NCBI GenBank assembly: GCA_963675595.2 | Contig: CAXXLZ010000002.1 | Coordinates: forward strand, 4,384,001-4,448,000 | Origin: Thermodesulfobacteriota bacterium | GTDB lineage: Bacteria > Desulfobacterota > Desulfarculia > JACQYL01 | Direction of reading: 5' to 3' | DNA length: 64,000 nt | In this document: positions 1 through 11,090 of the stretch, in pieces | Layout: each line of letters opens with the position of its first letter | Numbering within the stretch: the stretch's first letter is position 1 | The notes under the pieces: model-generated | Seen by the model: the letters and a program-made list of their open reading frames with translations, nothing else | The model's database searches: none | Told to the model about the DNA's origin: nothing | Position numbers and translations under genes: made by a program

Positions 1-71
1 ATTTCCAGCATCACCGAGGCGAGAAAGCCGCGGAAACGGTCGGGAACGTCACGCGTCGCCACCACCAGCAT
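1..71 (-). CDS. cas2: type I-E Cas2, 5' part only (truncated by window edge)
   Basis: Manual translation from ATG at 71: MLVVATRDVPDRFRGFLASVMLE, a typical I-E Cas2 N-terminus; overlaps the cas1 3' end; too short for the ORF track. Confidence 0.85.
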   Translation of the reverse strand, partial: MLVVATRDVPDRFRGFLASVMLE

Positions 72-930
72 CGAACAGCTCCTTGATTTTGTCGATCATA
101 TCCGGAATGACCTTCTTCCTTTTCAGGTTTACCCCCATGAGTCGGCGAACCTTGCGTTCCAGGTTTTCGGCGGGAACCTTCAAGAACGACGCCACGGACT
201 CGAAGGCCGTGGGAATGGTGACTTCCGTGCGATAGAGGTCCGCCACGTCCAGCACGAAAGAAATTCCCGCGTCTTCGTGAATGAACCCCAGTTGGGGAAT
301 GGTCCCCGTGGCCGCCACGGCGATGGAAGCCGCGGCCTCCATGACCGTTGCCGCGTGGTTGATGGCCTGATTGGGCAGGTCGGCGAGTTCCGGTTCCCCG
401 CGGTCGTATCTCCGGGCTCTCCATTCAATTCCGTACACCTCGGCGATGCGCTGGTAGGCCGCTCTCATGCGGGCGCCCTCGATCCCCCGAAGCGCGTTGA
501 GATTGGACTGAGGCGGGATTTCCCCCAGGCGCCACAAATACAGGGTCCGGGTTACCTCCCGCCTGCGTTTCGGGTCCGCCCACAGTTCCGCCTGGATTCT
601 CGCGAGGCGCGCTCGCCCCGACGGCAAAGGCGGAACGCTGTAAACGCGGGCTCCGTCTTCTCCCACGGCCAGGTAGCCGGTGCCGTGGCGGGCTAGCAGA
701 CGCATGGCGTCGTGGCTGATGGTGGAGCCCGGCCCCAAGAGGATGAACGAAATGGATTGGAAGGGCAGGGCGTAATCTCCCGAAACCAACTCGTCGGACC
801 CGGCGGTGAGGAAGCGGAGCGTTCCGTCCCGCACGTGCAAATGACCTCGGGAGAGCCATACCAGGCCGTGGCGGTCCCCGTGGGGCACGCGGGCCGTCTC
901 CAGACCGAGCCTTCCCTTGAGGGCGCTCAT
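49..930 (-). CDS. cas1: type I-E CRISPR-associated endonuclease Cas1
   Basis: LGPGSTISHDA, LRGIEGARMR, LGFIH and FVLDVADLY motifs; position after cas6e. Confidence 0.95.
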   Translation of the reverse strand: MSALKGRLGLETARVPHGDRHGLVWLSRGHLHVRDGTLRFLTAGSDELVSGDYALPFQSISFILLGPGSTISHDAMRLLARHGTGYLAVGEDGARVYSVPPLPSGRARLARIQAELWADPKRRREVTRTLYLWRLGEIPPQSNLNALRGIEGARMRAAYQRIAEVYGIEWRARRYDRGEPELADLPNQAINHAATVMEAAASIAVAATGTIPQLGFIHEDAGISFVLDVADLYRTEVTIPTAFESVASFLKVPAENLERKVRRLMGVNLKRKKVIPDMIDKIKELFDAGGGDA

Positions 931-1670
931 GACCCAGGTCCCGGACCGAGCAGGAGCATGCCGAAGCCGAAAGCCCGATGCCGGCCCACGCCGCGGCCCA
1001 GGAGTCGGTTGAACGCCTCACTGTCGGCCACCCGGACAACTCCGTCGAAACGCACTTCAGGGCGGGTGAGTCGCCGGCCCGACCGGGATCGGTCCCTCCG
1101 CACGAAGCGGCCCAGGCGGAAGGACCTGACCCGGGCGCCCAGCAGGTGCGCGGCCCCGTCTCGTTCCATTTCCCGTTCCAGCCACTCCCTGTAGACCTCG
1201 TCCCTGGAGACGCCCTCCCCGGTGCGCCAAACTCGGGCCAGGTAGGCGTCCACCTCGGGCGCGGACTTCCTGGCCGCCGCCGTCTTGCCGTGTCCCGAAG
1301 GGCCTCGGACGATGGGGCAGGCTTTCACCGTGAACGTCAGCCGGGTTTCTTCCGGCCACTTCGCCGGCATGGGTTTGGAGAGGAACCGGGACCAGTCCAC
1401 CAGGTTCCACGCCTCGGGCGGCGCGAACATCTTCGCACGGCTTTCCAGGTCTTGGTGATCCAGGGTGCTGTAAGCCAGCAGCTCCCCGGACCGGTTCCAT
1501 TGAATCGCGAACGGCTTGGGTGCGTCGTCTCCGAACAGCCGGCCCAACAGGCAGTGCACCGCGTAACCCTCATCAAAGGCGTGGGCGGGCAGCCTTTCGT
1601 CGCGGGCGAATCGCTGAAACGCCAAAGGATCGGACAATACCAATTGAATCAAGAAGTTAGGTTTGGCCAT
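927..1670 (-). CDS. cas6e: type I-E crRNA-processing endoribonuclease Cas6e/Cse3/CasE
   Basis: C-terminal Gly-rich loop GVGRHRAFGFGMLLL; N-terminal YAVH; operon position. Confidence 0.92.
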   Translation of the reverse strand: MAKPNFLIQLVLSDPLAFQRFARDERLPAHAFDEGYAVHCLLGRLFGDDAPKPFAIQWNRSGELLAYSTLDHQDLESRAKMFAPPEAWNLVDWSRFLSKPMPAKWPEETRLTFTVKACPIVRGPSGHGKTAAARKSAPEVDAYLARVWRTGEGVSRDEVYREWLEREMERDGAAHLLGARVRSFRLGRFVRRDRSRSGRRLTRPEVRFDGVVRVADSEAFNRLLGRGVGRHRAFGFGMLLLGPGPGS

Positions 1671-2376
1671 GGGCGTCCTCCTTCGGATTCATGAGACCTC
1701 TTTGCACCCGGTGTTCCCCCACGTGAATCTGGTTGGCCCAGTCGCGCAGGTCTCGTACCCGGAAGGTGGTTTCGTCATCCCCGCCACCGGGCCACTGGGC
1801 CTCCAGTACGCCGGAATCGGACTTGACGTCCCGGCCCAATGCGGCCAAGGCGTCCCGCGGGTCCTCCGCGTCCACGCATTCCAACAGCAGGGGGGCGGCC
1901 GGGATGCATGACTTGCGGCCCAGGAACAGGGGACGGGCGGGGCGGAACAGAGCCCGACGCAGGTCCTCCGGTGTGGGAGGCTCCTCTTCCGGCTCCAGCG
2001 CCAAGGCCGCCGCCGCCACCCGGTCGGCCCAGTAGTCCCGGAGCCGAATATGCGTTTCACGCGAGCTGGCGCCCTCCCTTCCTTCCATGACCCCCCTGGA
2101 GGTCCAGCCGGTGTCCGTGAGAAAATCCGCGCCCAGGTCCACGGTCTGGTAATCTCGGAGGCGTTCCCCCTTGCGTTCGATGCGGACCGCGACCCGGAGT
2201 CGTTCCTGGAGTCGTTGGTGGCGCTCGGGTTCCCAACGCATCCAGCCCAGCGCGTTGGCCAGGAGGCCCGTGATCATGGACAGCGGGGGAAAAGGGGCGG
2301 CCGGCCGTCGGTTGTCCACGGCCACGTCTCCGAAAGCCATCAAGGGCGCGTCCATGCGAAGCAGCAGGACTCTCAT
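1657..2376 (-). CDS. cas5e: type I-E Cas5/CasD
   Basis: MRVLLLRMDAPLMAFG...PPLSMITGLLANALG...RDYQTV...LFLGRKSC; start ATG 2376 overlaps the cas7 stop (ATGA); the 751-aa ORF-track call is an over-extension. Confidence 0.93.
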   Translation of the reverse strand: MRVLLLRMDAPLMAFGDVAVDNRRPAAPFPPLSMITGLLANALGWMRWEPERHQRLQERLRVAVRIERKGERLRDYQTVDLGADFLTDTGWTSRGVMEGREGASSRETHIRLRDYWADRVAAAALALEPEEEPPTPEDLRRALFRPARPLFLGRKSCIPAAPLLLECVDAEDPRDALAALGRDVKSDSGVLEAQWPGGGDDETTFRVRDLRDWANQIHVGEHRVQRGLMNPKEDAHGQT

Positions 2377-3569
2377 GACGCCCCCCGAACCCGGTTCGCC
2401 GCCCACGCGGCCAGCGAGTTGAGTGCCGAAACCCTGTCCGCCCCCCGGAGGGCGATCTCTTCCAGGCTCACGTATTGCCGTTCGTTGCCCGGCTCGTATA
2501 CCGTGTCGATGCGACCCACGTGATCGTCCAACCGGTTGAGGGTTTCCCCCACAAGGTCCGGGCCGGTGAAAACCGGTTTGAAAAAGGCGTTGGCCCAAGT
2601 GCAGGGTTGCGCGTCCCCGCATTCCACCGCCAGAAAGTGGGCGTAGGAGAAGGGGGCCGTGGCCCCGAGCTTGGCGCCGGGGGACACGGTGGCGAGCAAA
2701 TGGGTGAAGTGCTCCACCACTTCTCCGGCCAGGGACCGGTCGGCCTGTTCCCAATCGTGAACGTGGCAACCCTCGAGGTTGGAAACCAGCAACGGCAGGT
2801 CCACGGCCGCGTAGCCGTAGTACAGGCCGCTGGTCAGCTCGGCCTCGTTGACGTGGCCGGCGCCCATGCCGGTTTCTCCTTCCGCTTCTTTGAGGAGGTC
2901 GTCCACCGCGGTGAAATAGTCCGTCTCGCTCTGTTCCGCATGCACCGTGAAGGCGTGGGCCACGTACACGGAAGCGTCGCAATCGGCCAGCAGGTCCGAG
3001 GTCTTCATGCGTCCGAAGAGGGCCGCGTCCAGACCGGCCCCTTTGCCGACGGCCCGCAGGTTCTTTAATCCCTCTTTGCCGATTCTGTCCTTGAGGGCTC
3101 CTTCCAGCTTCTTGAGCTCCGGTCTTTCCTCGTTGGACAACTCGGAAAGCAGTTGTCTCAGGTAAAGCACCTCGGGATAGCCCAGAACCACGATCTGGTT
3201 GGTTCGGAGTCCCTTTTTCTCCTTGGCATCCGAGCCCTTGGACTTGCCGAGCACCATGTTCATGAGGGTCGAAACCGCGGCGTCGGCCCATTCGGAATCC
3301 AGGCCCATCTGTTCCTTCAGAGGTCCGGCGATTCGTTCCGAAAAGATGTGGCGTGAGCGCAGGGACATGGATTCCGGTCCCCGAATCTCCGACAAGGCGT
3401 GGGGACCTTGATGGGTTCGCCAATGTCGCTTGAGACACTGGGAGGAAACGCGGGTGCGCACCGCGCCCCCGAAAGGCACCCGCTTGGCGAATCCGGCGTC
3501 GTCGCGATTGAGCAGGCTTGCGGGATACGCGGTCAGGTAGTGGAACTGAAGAAAACGGGGCGTGCTCAT
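2373..3569 (-). CDS. cas7e: type I-E Cas7/Cse4/CasC backbone subunit
   Basis: LLNRDDAGFAK, RTRVSSQCLKRHWR, DAALFGRM, VAHAFTVH, DYFTAVDDL motifs. Confidence 0.95.
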   Translation of the reverse strand: MSTPRFLQFHYLTAYPASLLNRDDAGFAKRVPFGGAVRTRVSSQCLKRHWRTHQGPHALSEIRGPESMSLRSRHIFSERIAGPLKEQMGLDSEWADAAVSTLMNMVLGKSKGSDAKEKKGLRTNQIVVLGYPEVLYLRQLLSELSNEERPELKKLEGALKDRIGKEGLKNLRAVGKGAGLDAALFGRMKTSDLLADCDASVYVAHAFTVHAEQSETDYFTAVDDLLKEAEGETGMGAGHVNEAELTSGLYYGYAAVDLPLLVSNLEGCHVHDWEQADRSLAGEVVEHFTHLLATVSPGAKLGATAPFSYAHFLAVECGDAQPCTWANAFFKPVFTGPDLVGETLNRLDDHVGRIDTVYEPGNERQYVSLEEIALRGADRVSALNSLAAWAANRVRGAS

Positions 3570-4114
3570 GAGTGTTCCTCCTCTTTGGATTCCTGTCGGT
3601 AGAGTTGGGTGAAGAAGTCCCGGGCCACGCGTCGGCGCACGCGTTCCGCCCGTTCGGGGTGGATTCGGGGATCGAAGAAGACCAGGTCCGCCGCGACCGT
3701 CCAGTCCAGGGCCTCCCCTTTGGCGGCCAGGAACCGGACCATGTTTTGAAACACGTCGGCCAGGGAAGGCCCCGAGGCCCTGAGGAGCCGGCGAAGGCGC
3801 AATGGGGAGAAACCGGCTTCCGCAAGGGTACGACCCGGCCGTCGGCCTTTTTCATGGGGCAAACGGGCCATGCCGGACAGCACCAAGGCCCAGCGGCGTT
3901 CCCACGCGTCACGGGCCGACTCGTTGCCGGGCGGAGGATCGTGAGGTTCCACGCAGCGCACCAGGAGCCGCCAAAAGGCGAAGGAGCCCGGATCGCGAGA
4001 GTCCAGTCGTCTCAGCTCCGCCAGGTCCCCGGGGACCAGGCGTCCTTCCCGTACGGCTTCCGCCGCGGCGTAAACGGCCCGATGCCGACCCGCGGGTTCA
4101 TGGGATGGGTTCAT
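3566..4114 (-). CDS. cas11e: type I-E small subunit Cas11/Cse2/CasB
   Basis: GDLAELRR, LRLRRLL, DW, RRRVARDFF motifs; lies between cas8e and cas7; start placed at ATG 4114 after GAGGAGGAG. Confidence 0.88.
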   Translation of the reverse strand: MNPSHEPAGRHRAVYAAAEAVREGRLVPGDLAELRRLDSRDPGSFAFWRLLVRCVEPHDPPPGNESARDAWERRWALVLSGMARLPHEKGRRPGRTLAEAGFSPLRLRRLLRASGPSLADVFQNMVRFLAAKGEALDWTVAADLVFFDPRIHPERAERVRRRVARDFFTQLYRQESKEEEHS

Positions 4115-5663
4115 GAATCTCCTCCTCGTTGGGATTGAACAATTCCGGCAACTGCCGTCGAAGACCGTTTTCAAACAGATTCCATGCCTTGGCCACGGCG
4201 CGTTCCCTCACCGCGTCGGAAATGGGGGCCTCTTTCTCGGCCCGCTGGAGGACCCCGCGTCCTTGGTCGCGAAGAAACTCGGCCCACCTCCGAGCCTGAT
4301 CCTCCGCGGAAAGTTCCGAGTCCTCCCAGAGCTTGGGAAAAAAGGCGGCATCCACCGCGGCATCGTACGGCTCCTTCCACCGCTGGTGGTTCCCGCCCGC
4401 CTTGAGTTGGTCGGCGCCCCCCTGGAGCAAGGCCCTCAACGCCCAGGACACGACCTTCTTCCAGAAATCACCCGTGCGTTGCACGCGATCCTTGGCCAGT
4501 CGGGCCAGGGATTGTTCCTCTTCCCGGAAGAACAATCGCCTGCGGACTCGGGCCGGCACCCGAATCCAGCGTTCGTGAAAGCCTTCGGTCTTGCCTTGTC
4601 CCCGCGTCAACGCGGAAGCGTGGAAGTACATCTCCGGAGGGTCGTCCTCCTGCAACTGCGTGCAGATTCCACCGGCAAATCCGTCCCGGAAAAGAAGCCG
4701 GCTGCAAAGATCGTAATGAAACCCCCGAGCGGACACGGTCAGGGCCTGGGGGGGATCGTCGGCCTTCACCGGTATCCAGGGATCGCCCACGCTCCCTTTG
4801 AGCAGGTCGGATCGCGGTTCCAGCCTGGCCTGAGTCGTGCCTTTATAGTAGGCCACGGCGCGCTCTTCCTTCAGGACCATGCGTATGCGTCGGGAGATTT
4901 CGACCGCATAAGGATCGCAGCTTCGGAGGGGCAAAGAGCTTTCTCCGTTCCAGGGCTCAATCCAAAGAAGCCTCCGCAACTCCGAACCGTTCCCTCGCTC
5001 CAAGTCGCGGATCAGTCCGTCGTGTTCCCGTACCAGAATGCGCAAATCCCTGCGAAACCGTTCTCCCCAATCCATGCTTGGGGCCCAGCCGACCACGGGC
5101 CGGCTCCCGTATCCGCCGTTCATTCGAGCCACGCCGTAGTAGCTTTTTCCTGAATAGCCGGCGCAGGTCTGCAGGGCGAGAAGAGCGAAAAGCCAATGAT
5201 CCGGTCCGGGGTCCCGAACTCTGCCTGCTTTCAGGTCGTGGTGTTTAGCCGTGACCAGCAGGTCCAATGAGCCGTAATCCGGGGCGTTTAGGGGGCCTTT
5301 GAACTGCTTCAGGCCGCCTTCCGGCACCGGAGGCTGCATAAAGGCCGGAAGGGCCAAGTCCTCCATCACCAGGCTCCAGGGGGCGTCTTGCGGAAAGCCG
5401 GGAGTCAAACGCCGAAGACGCTCCTTCCATTGGGAAGCGTCCCCATGGAGGCCGTCTTCCGGACGGTCCCCACAGGCCAGGGCGGCGAGTTGGACCAGAA
5501 AGACGTACCAGGCCGGTTCCTGGTGGGGCTGCAAATGGGCGAAGCCTTCCAAAGAAGACCCGCCCCCCAGCAGGGCCAGCACTTCGGGCAGGGACCGGTC
5601 CTCCGTTCCTCCTTCCCGGTTCCGGATCCGGATGAGGGGTTCTTCCAGCAGGTTGTAGGGCAT
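4098..5663 (-). CDS. cas8e: type I-E large subunit Cas8e/Cse1/CasA
   Basis: YNLLEEPLIRIR N-terminus, PAFMQPP, ARMNGGYGSRP, RGQGKTEGFHER; follows cas3. Confidence 0.88.
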   Translation of the reverse strand: MPYNLLEEPLIRIRNREGGTEDRSLPEVLALLGGGSSLEGFAHLQPHQEPAWYVFLVQLAALACGDRPEDGLHGDASQWKERLRRLTPGFPQDAPWSLVMEDLALPAFMQPPVPEGGLKQFKGPLNAPDYGSLDLLVTAKHHDLKAGRVRDPGPDHWLFALLALQTCAGYSGKSYYGVARMNGGYGSRPVVGWAPSMDWGERFRRDLRILVREHDGLIRDLERGNGSELRRLLWIEPWNGESSLPLRSCDPYAVEISRRIRMVLKEERAVAYYKGTTQARLEPRSDLLKGSVGDPWIPVKADDPPQALTVSARGFHYDLCSRLLFRDGFAGGICTQLQEDDPPEMYFHASALTRGQGKTEGFHERWIRVPARVRRRLFFREEEQSLARLAKDRVQRTGDFWKKVVSWALRALLQGGADQLKAGGNHQRWKEPYDAAVDAAFFPKLWEDSELSAEDQARRWAEFLRDQGRGVLQRAEKEAPISDAVRERAVAKAWNLFENGLRRQLPELFNPNEEEIHEPIP

Positions 5664-5702
5664 AGCCGCTCCCATGCGATTACAGGGTTGATGAAGTCGG
5701 CT

Positions 5703-8393
<2,691 letters not shown>

Positions 8394-8658
8394 TCAAATG
8401 GAAATACGGGTAATCACCGGATAGGGAGTATTCTGTGGGTATCTGCTTTTGAATTGATGGTGAATCGTCGATTAACCGCCATGTTCGATTTTGGCGATCA
8501 ACCACGGGCGGAATTTCCTATTCGGATTTAACTCCGCCCGTTGACGAATCAGGTCAAAGGAATGGGGGATTTTTTCAAGAAAAGGAGAATCATTTCGTAG
8601 GCCGTTGGGGGACGGTCGTATCCCCTCCCACGGGCTCGCCGGGAGCGGGAGGAAGACC

Positions 8659-8684
8659 GTAGGGGCGGTTCGCGAACCGCTCCC
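8659..8684 (+). repeat. GTAG-type REP-like palindrome
   Basis: GTAGGGGCGGTTCGCGAACCGCTCCC: GTAG followed by an imperfect GC-rich palindrome. Confidence 0.55.
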
Positions 8685-8723
8685 ATCATTTTCCGATGGT
8701 ATGCGAAATCCGCGATGATCGAA

Positions 8724-9509
8724 TCAATGTCCGAGGAAGTCCGCAGGCGGCATTGCGGAGGATGGCCCATCGGCCTTTCCAGGCTCGAGGATGCAGGCCT
8801 CCAGTGCGGCGCGGAGTCCCAACGCCCGGTTGCGGTGAAACCGTTCCGACCGGAATCCGTGCTTCCACACACCGGAACCGAGTTCGTCGGAAACCACCAG
8901 CAGGGCCGCGGCTCCGATCCCCCGATATCGGGACACCTTGAGCAAGGCGGATAGTTCCATTTCCACGGCCACGGCGCCTCGACTCGTGAAGCGACGAATC
9001 TTGGAGGGGGTTTCTCGATAGGGCGCGTCCGTGGTCCAAATCGCGCCTTCCTTGGCGGGCTCTCCCGATTCACGGCACGTCCGGTGCAGCGCCGAAGACA
9101 TCCCGGGGTCCGCCTGAACCCGCACGCCGGGCAAAGGATAGTGCCCGGAAGTTCCTTCTTCCGACAGCGCCCTGGGCGGAATGACCAGATCGCCGATGCA
9201 CGCTTCGGAGGAAATGGATCCACACCAGCCGAACCAGAAAACCTTCCGCGCCCCCATGGCGGCGAGATTTTCGAGAAGCATCACGGCCTGGGGCGCTCCC
9301 AATGCCGGGCCCGCCAGGAAGATTTCCCGATCCCGGTAATGTCCCACGGCCACGTCCATGCAGCGAAACAACTTTCTCACGGTGTGGGCGGACGTGAGTT
9401 CCACGCTCTCTTCGAAGTCTTCGTGCACGGGAATAAGCAACCCCGTTTCCGGCAGGGGGGGCGAGTTTCTTCCCGCTACGGCCCGGATAATGGCTCGATC
9501 GTCCTTCAT
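8724..9509 (-). CDS. nucleoside phosphorylase (PNP/UDP family)
   Basis: GWCGSI, EEGTSGHY, WTTDAPYRET, AVEMELSAL, VVSDEL motifs. Confidence 0.9.
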   Translation of the reverse strand: MKDDRAIIRAVAGRNSPPLPETGLLIPVHEDFEESVELTSAHTVRKLFRCMDVAVGHYRDREIFLAGPALGAPQAVMLLENLAAMGARKVFWFGWCGSISSEACIGDLVIPPRALSEEGTSGHYPLPGVRVQADPGMSSALHRTCRESGEPAKEGAIWTTDAPYRETPSKIRRFTSRGAVAVEMELSALLKVSRYRGIGAAALLVVSDELGSGVWKHGFRSERFHRNRALGLRAALEACILEPGKADGPSSAMPPADFLGH

Positions 9510-9734
9510 TGCAGTCGCTCTTTGTGTTGTGGGATTCGGTTCAATGCCCGAGCGGAGGGAGAACGGCGCGGATCAAGGGCGCGTCATTCCCGGGTCTCGA
9601 TCCGGACGTCGTGTATCCCGACTCGCTGAATCAACTGGTGGTCCGGGTCCTTCAACAAAATTCGCTTCCCCGATCCGGGGTATGGACATTCACGGCGACG
9701 TCCCGCTGCTTCATGAATTCCCGGATCGAAATCA

Positions 9735-10700
9735 TCAATTCCACCAAAATTGCACGACATACCGCAAAGCAAGGGCCACAATGACCACGGACAGCATGGC
9801 CTTGATAAAAACGGCGGGCATGATCTTCTGTAACCGGGCCCCGCAGTAGATGCCGGCCACTCCTCCCGCGCCGAACAGTAATCCCAGCAGCCAGTCCGGA
9901 GCCACGGTCATGGTGGCCGGGGAGAACAGGGGAACCACGAGTTGATAAAAGGCGACGCCGAAAATTGAGCTTACGAAGGTGCCGGCCAGGGCCGCCCCAG
10001 CCACCGTGTACACGGGAAGTTTGAACACCGCGACGAAAAAGGGCGCCACAATGGCTCCTCCGCCGATGCCGTAAGTCCCTCCCACGATTCCCACAAGGAA
10101 CGCGAGAGCGAAGATGCCCATGGTGGAAAAGGTAAAGGTTTCCCCCATGAACTCATAGGAGATGCTTCGGAGCGAGCATTCCAACGTCTTGACCCGCATC
10201 TCCTCCATGAACCGACGGGCTTCGGCCCCGCCGGCCCGCCTGGCCTGCCGAAGCCGTTCGTTGCACCGTTGTTCCGCCGCTTGCCTTTTTTTCTTGGATG
10301 ACTTGCCCAAGGTCAGGTCCCAGGCCAGTCGAAGACCGATGTAGAGCAGGACCAATCCCACGAAAAGCTTGAAGGCGCGCGGATCGGGCAAATAAAGCAC
10401 TCGGATGACCGCGCCGCCGGCAATACCCGGGATGGTGCCGGCAACCACCACCCAGGTGAGGGGCCAGGCCATGCGTCCCTCCTTCAGATACCGATAGATT
10501 CCCGAAGGGATGGCCACGACGTTGTACACCAGGTTGGTGGGGCTTACCGCCGGACTGACGAATCCCAACACGCTGACCTGGAAGGGAAGCAAAAGGAAGG
10601 CCCCGGACACGCCTCCCATGGAAGTGAAAAAGGATACCACAAAGGACACCAGCGGAGGAATCCACGGTGATACCTCGACCCCGGAAACCGGAAAGACCAT
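9735..10700 (-). CDS. sulfite exporter TauE/SafE family membrane protein
   Basis: SMGGVSGAFLLLP and GGTYGIGGGAIVAP repeats, about 8 TM segments; start after GGGGAGAGG. Confidence 0.88.
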   Translation of the reverse strand: MVFPVSGVEVSPWIPPLVSFVVSFFTSMGGVSGAFLLLPFQVSVLGFVSPAVSPTNLVYNVVAIPSGIYRYLKEGRMAWPLTWVVVAGTIPGIAGGAVIRVLYLPDPRAFKLFVGLVLLYIGLRLAWDLTLGKSSKKKRQAAEQRCNERLRQARRAGGAEARRFMEEMRVKTLECSLRSISYEFMGETFTFSTMGIFALAFLVGIVGGTYGIGGGAIVAPFFVAVFKLPVYTVAGAALAGTFVSSIFGVAFYQLVVPLFSPATMTVAPDWLLGLLFGAGGVAGIYCGARLQKIMPAVFIKAMLSVVIVALALRYVVQFWWN

Positions 10701-10959
10701 GACCTCTCCCCAATAAGACGCGGCGTTTGTCGGATTGCAGATAAACCCGCTTTCCAAGGGACCTTTGGAGAAGCGACAAGTGATGCTACCTCTTGAGTGG
10801 TTGGACAATCAATTCCTTAAATGCCGTCAGAGGGCGAGCTGCGGAATACCGAGGAGGCTCACGGATAAAATCGATTTGGGAGTCGGGAGAACCCAAGTTC
10901 GGCAAGCGCCGTAAATGTGGTCTTGGCCACCCGACAAACTGATGGAAGTCGATTTCTCC

Positions 10960-10987
10960 TTGACAAGGGAGAGTGTATCGGCAAACT
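10960..10987 (+). promoter_or_regulatory. candidate sigma-70 promoter
   Basis: TTGACA-N16-CAAACT in an AT-richer stretch upstream of 11091. Confidence 0.4.
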
Positions 10988-11090
10988 TAAGTTTTGTTAA
11001 GTTCCTAGTTATTGATTGGATGTCTTTAAGAAAGGGCCGACGAGGGCATAAGAATATATATATCCATGAATGGATTGATGGGGGTGAATA

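Noticed and set aside
1708-1737. CCGGTGTTCCCCCACGTG, resembling the start of an I-E repeat
   Set aside because: Single copy inside cas5 coding sequence, lacking the complementary GGGGAT half; no array periodicity anywhere in the window
2377-3912. Apparent 500-aa N-terminal extension of Cas5 (751-aa ORF)
   Set aside because: Out-of-frame overlap with cas7 and cas11, Arg/Pro/Gly-rich; the real cas5 starts at the ATGA junction at 2376
8724-9509. Nucleoside phosphorylase beside cas3 as a possible defence effector
   Set aside because: Stand-alone housekeeping-type enzyme with no sensor fusion, separated from cas3 by ~440 bp with hairpins
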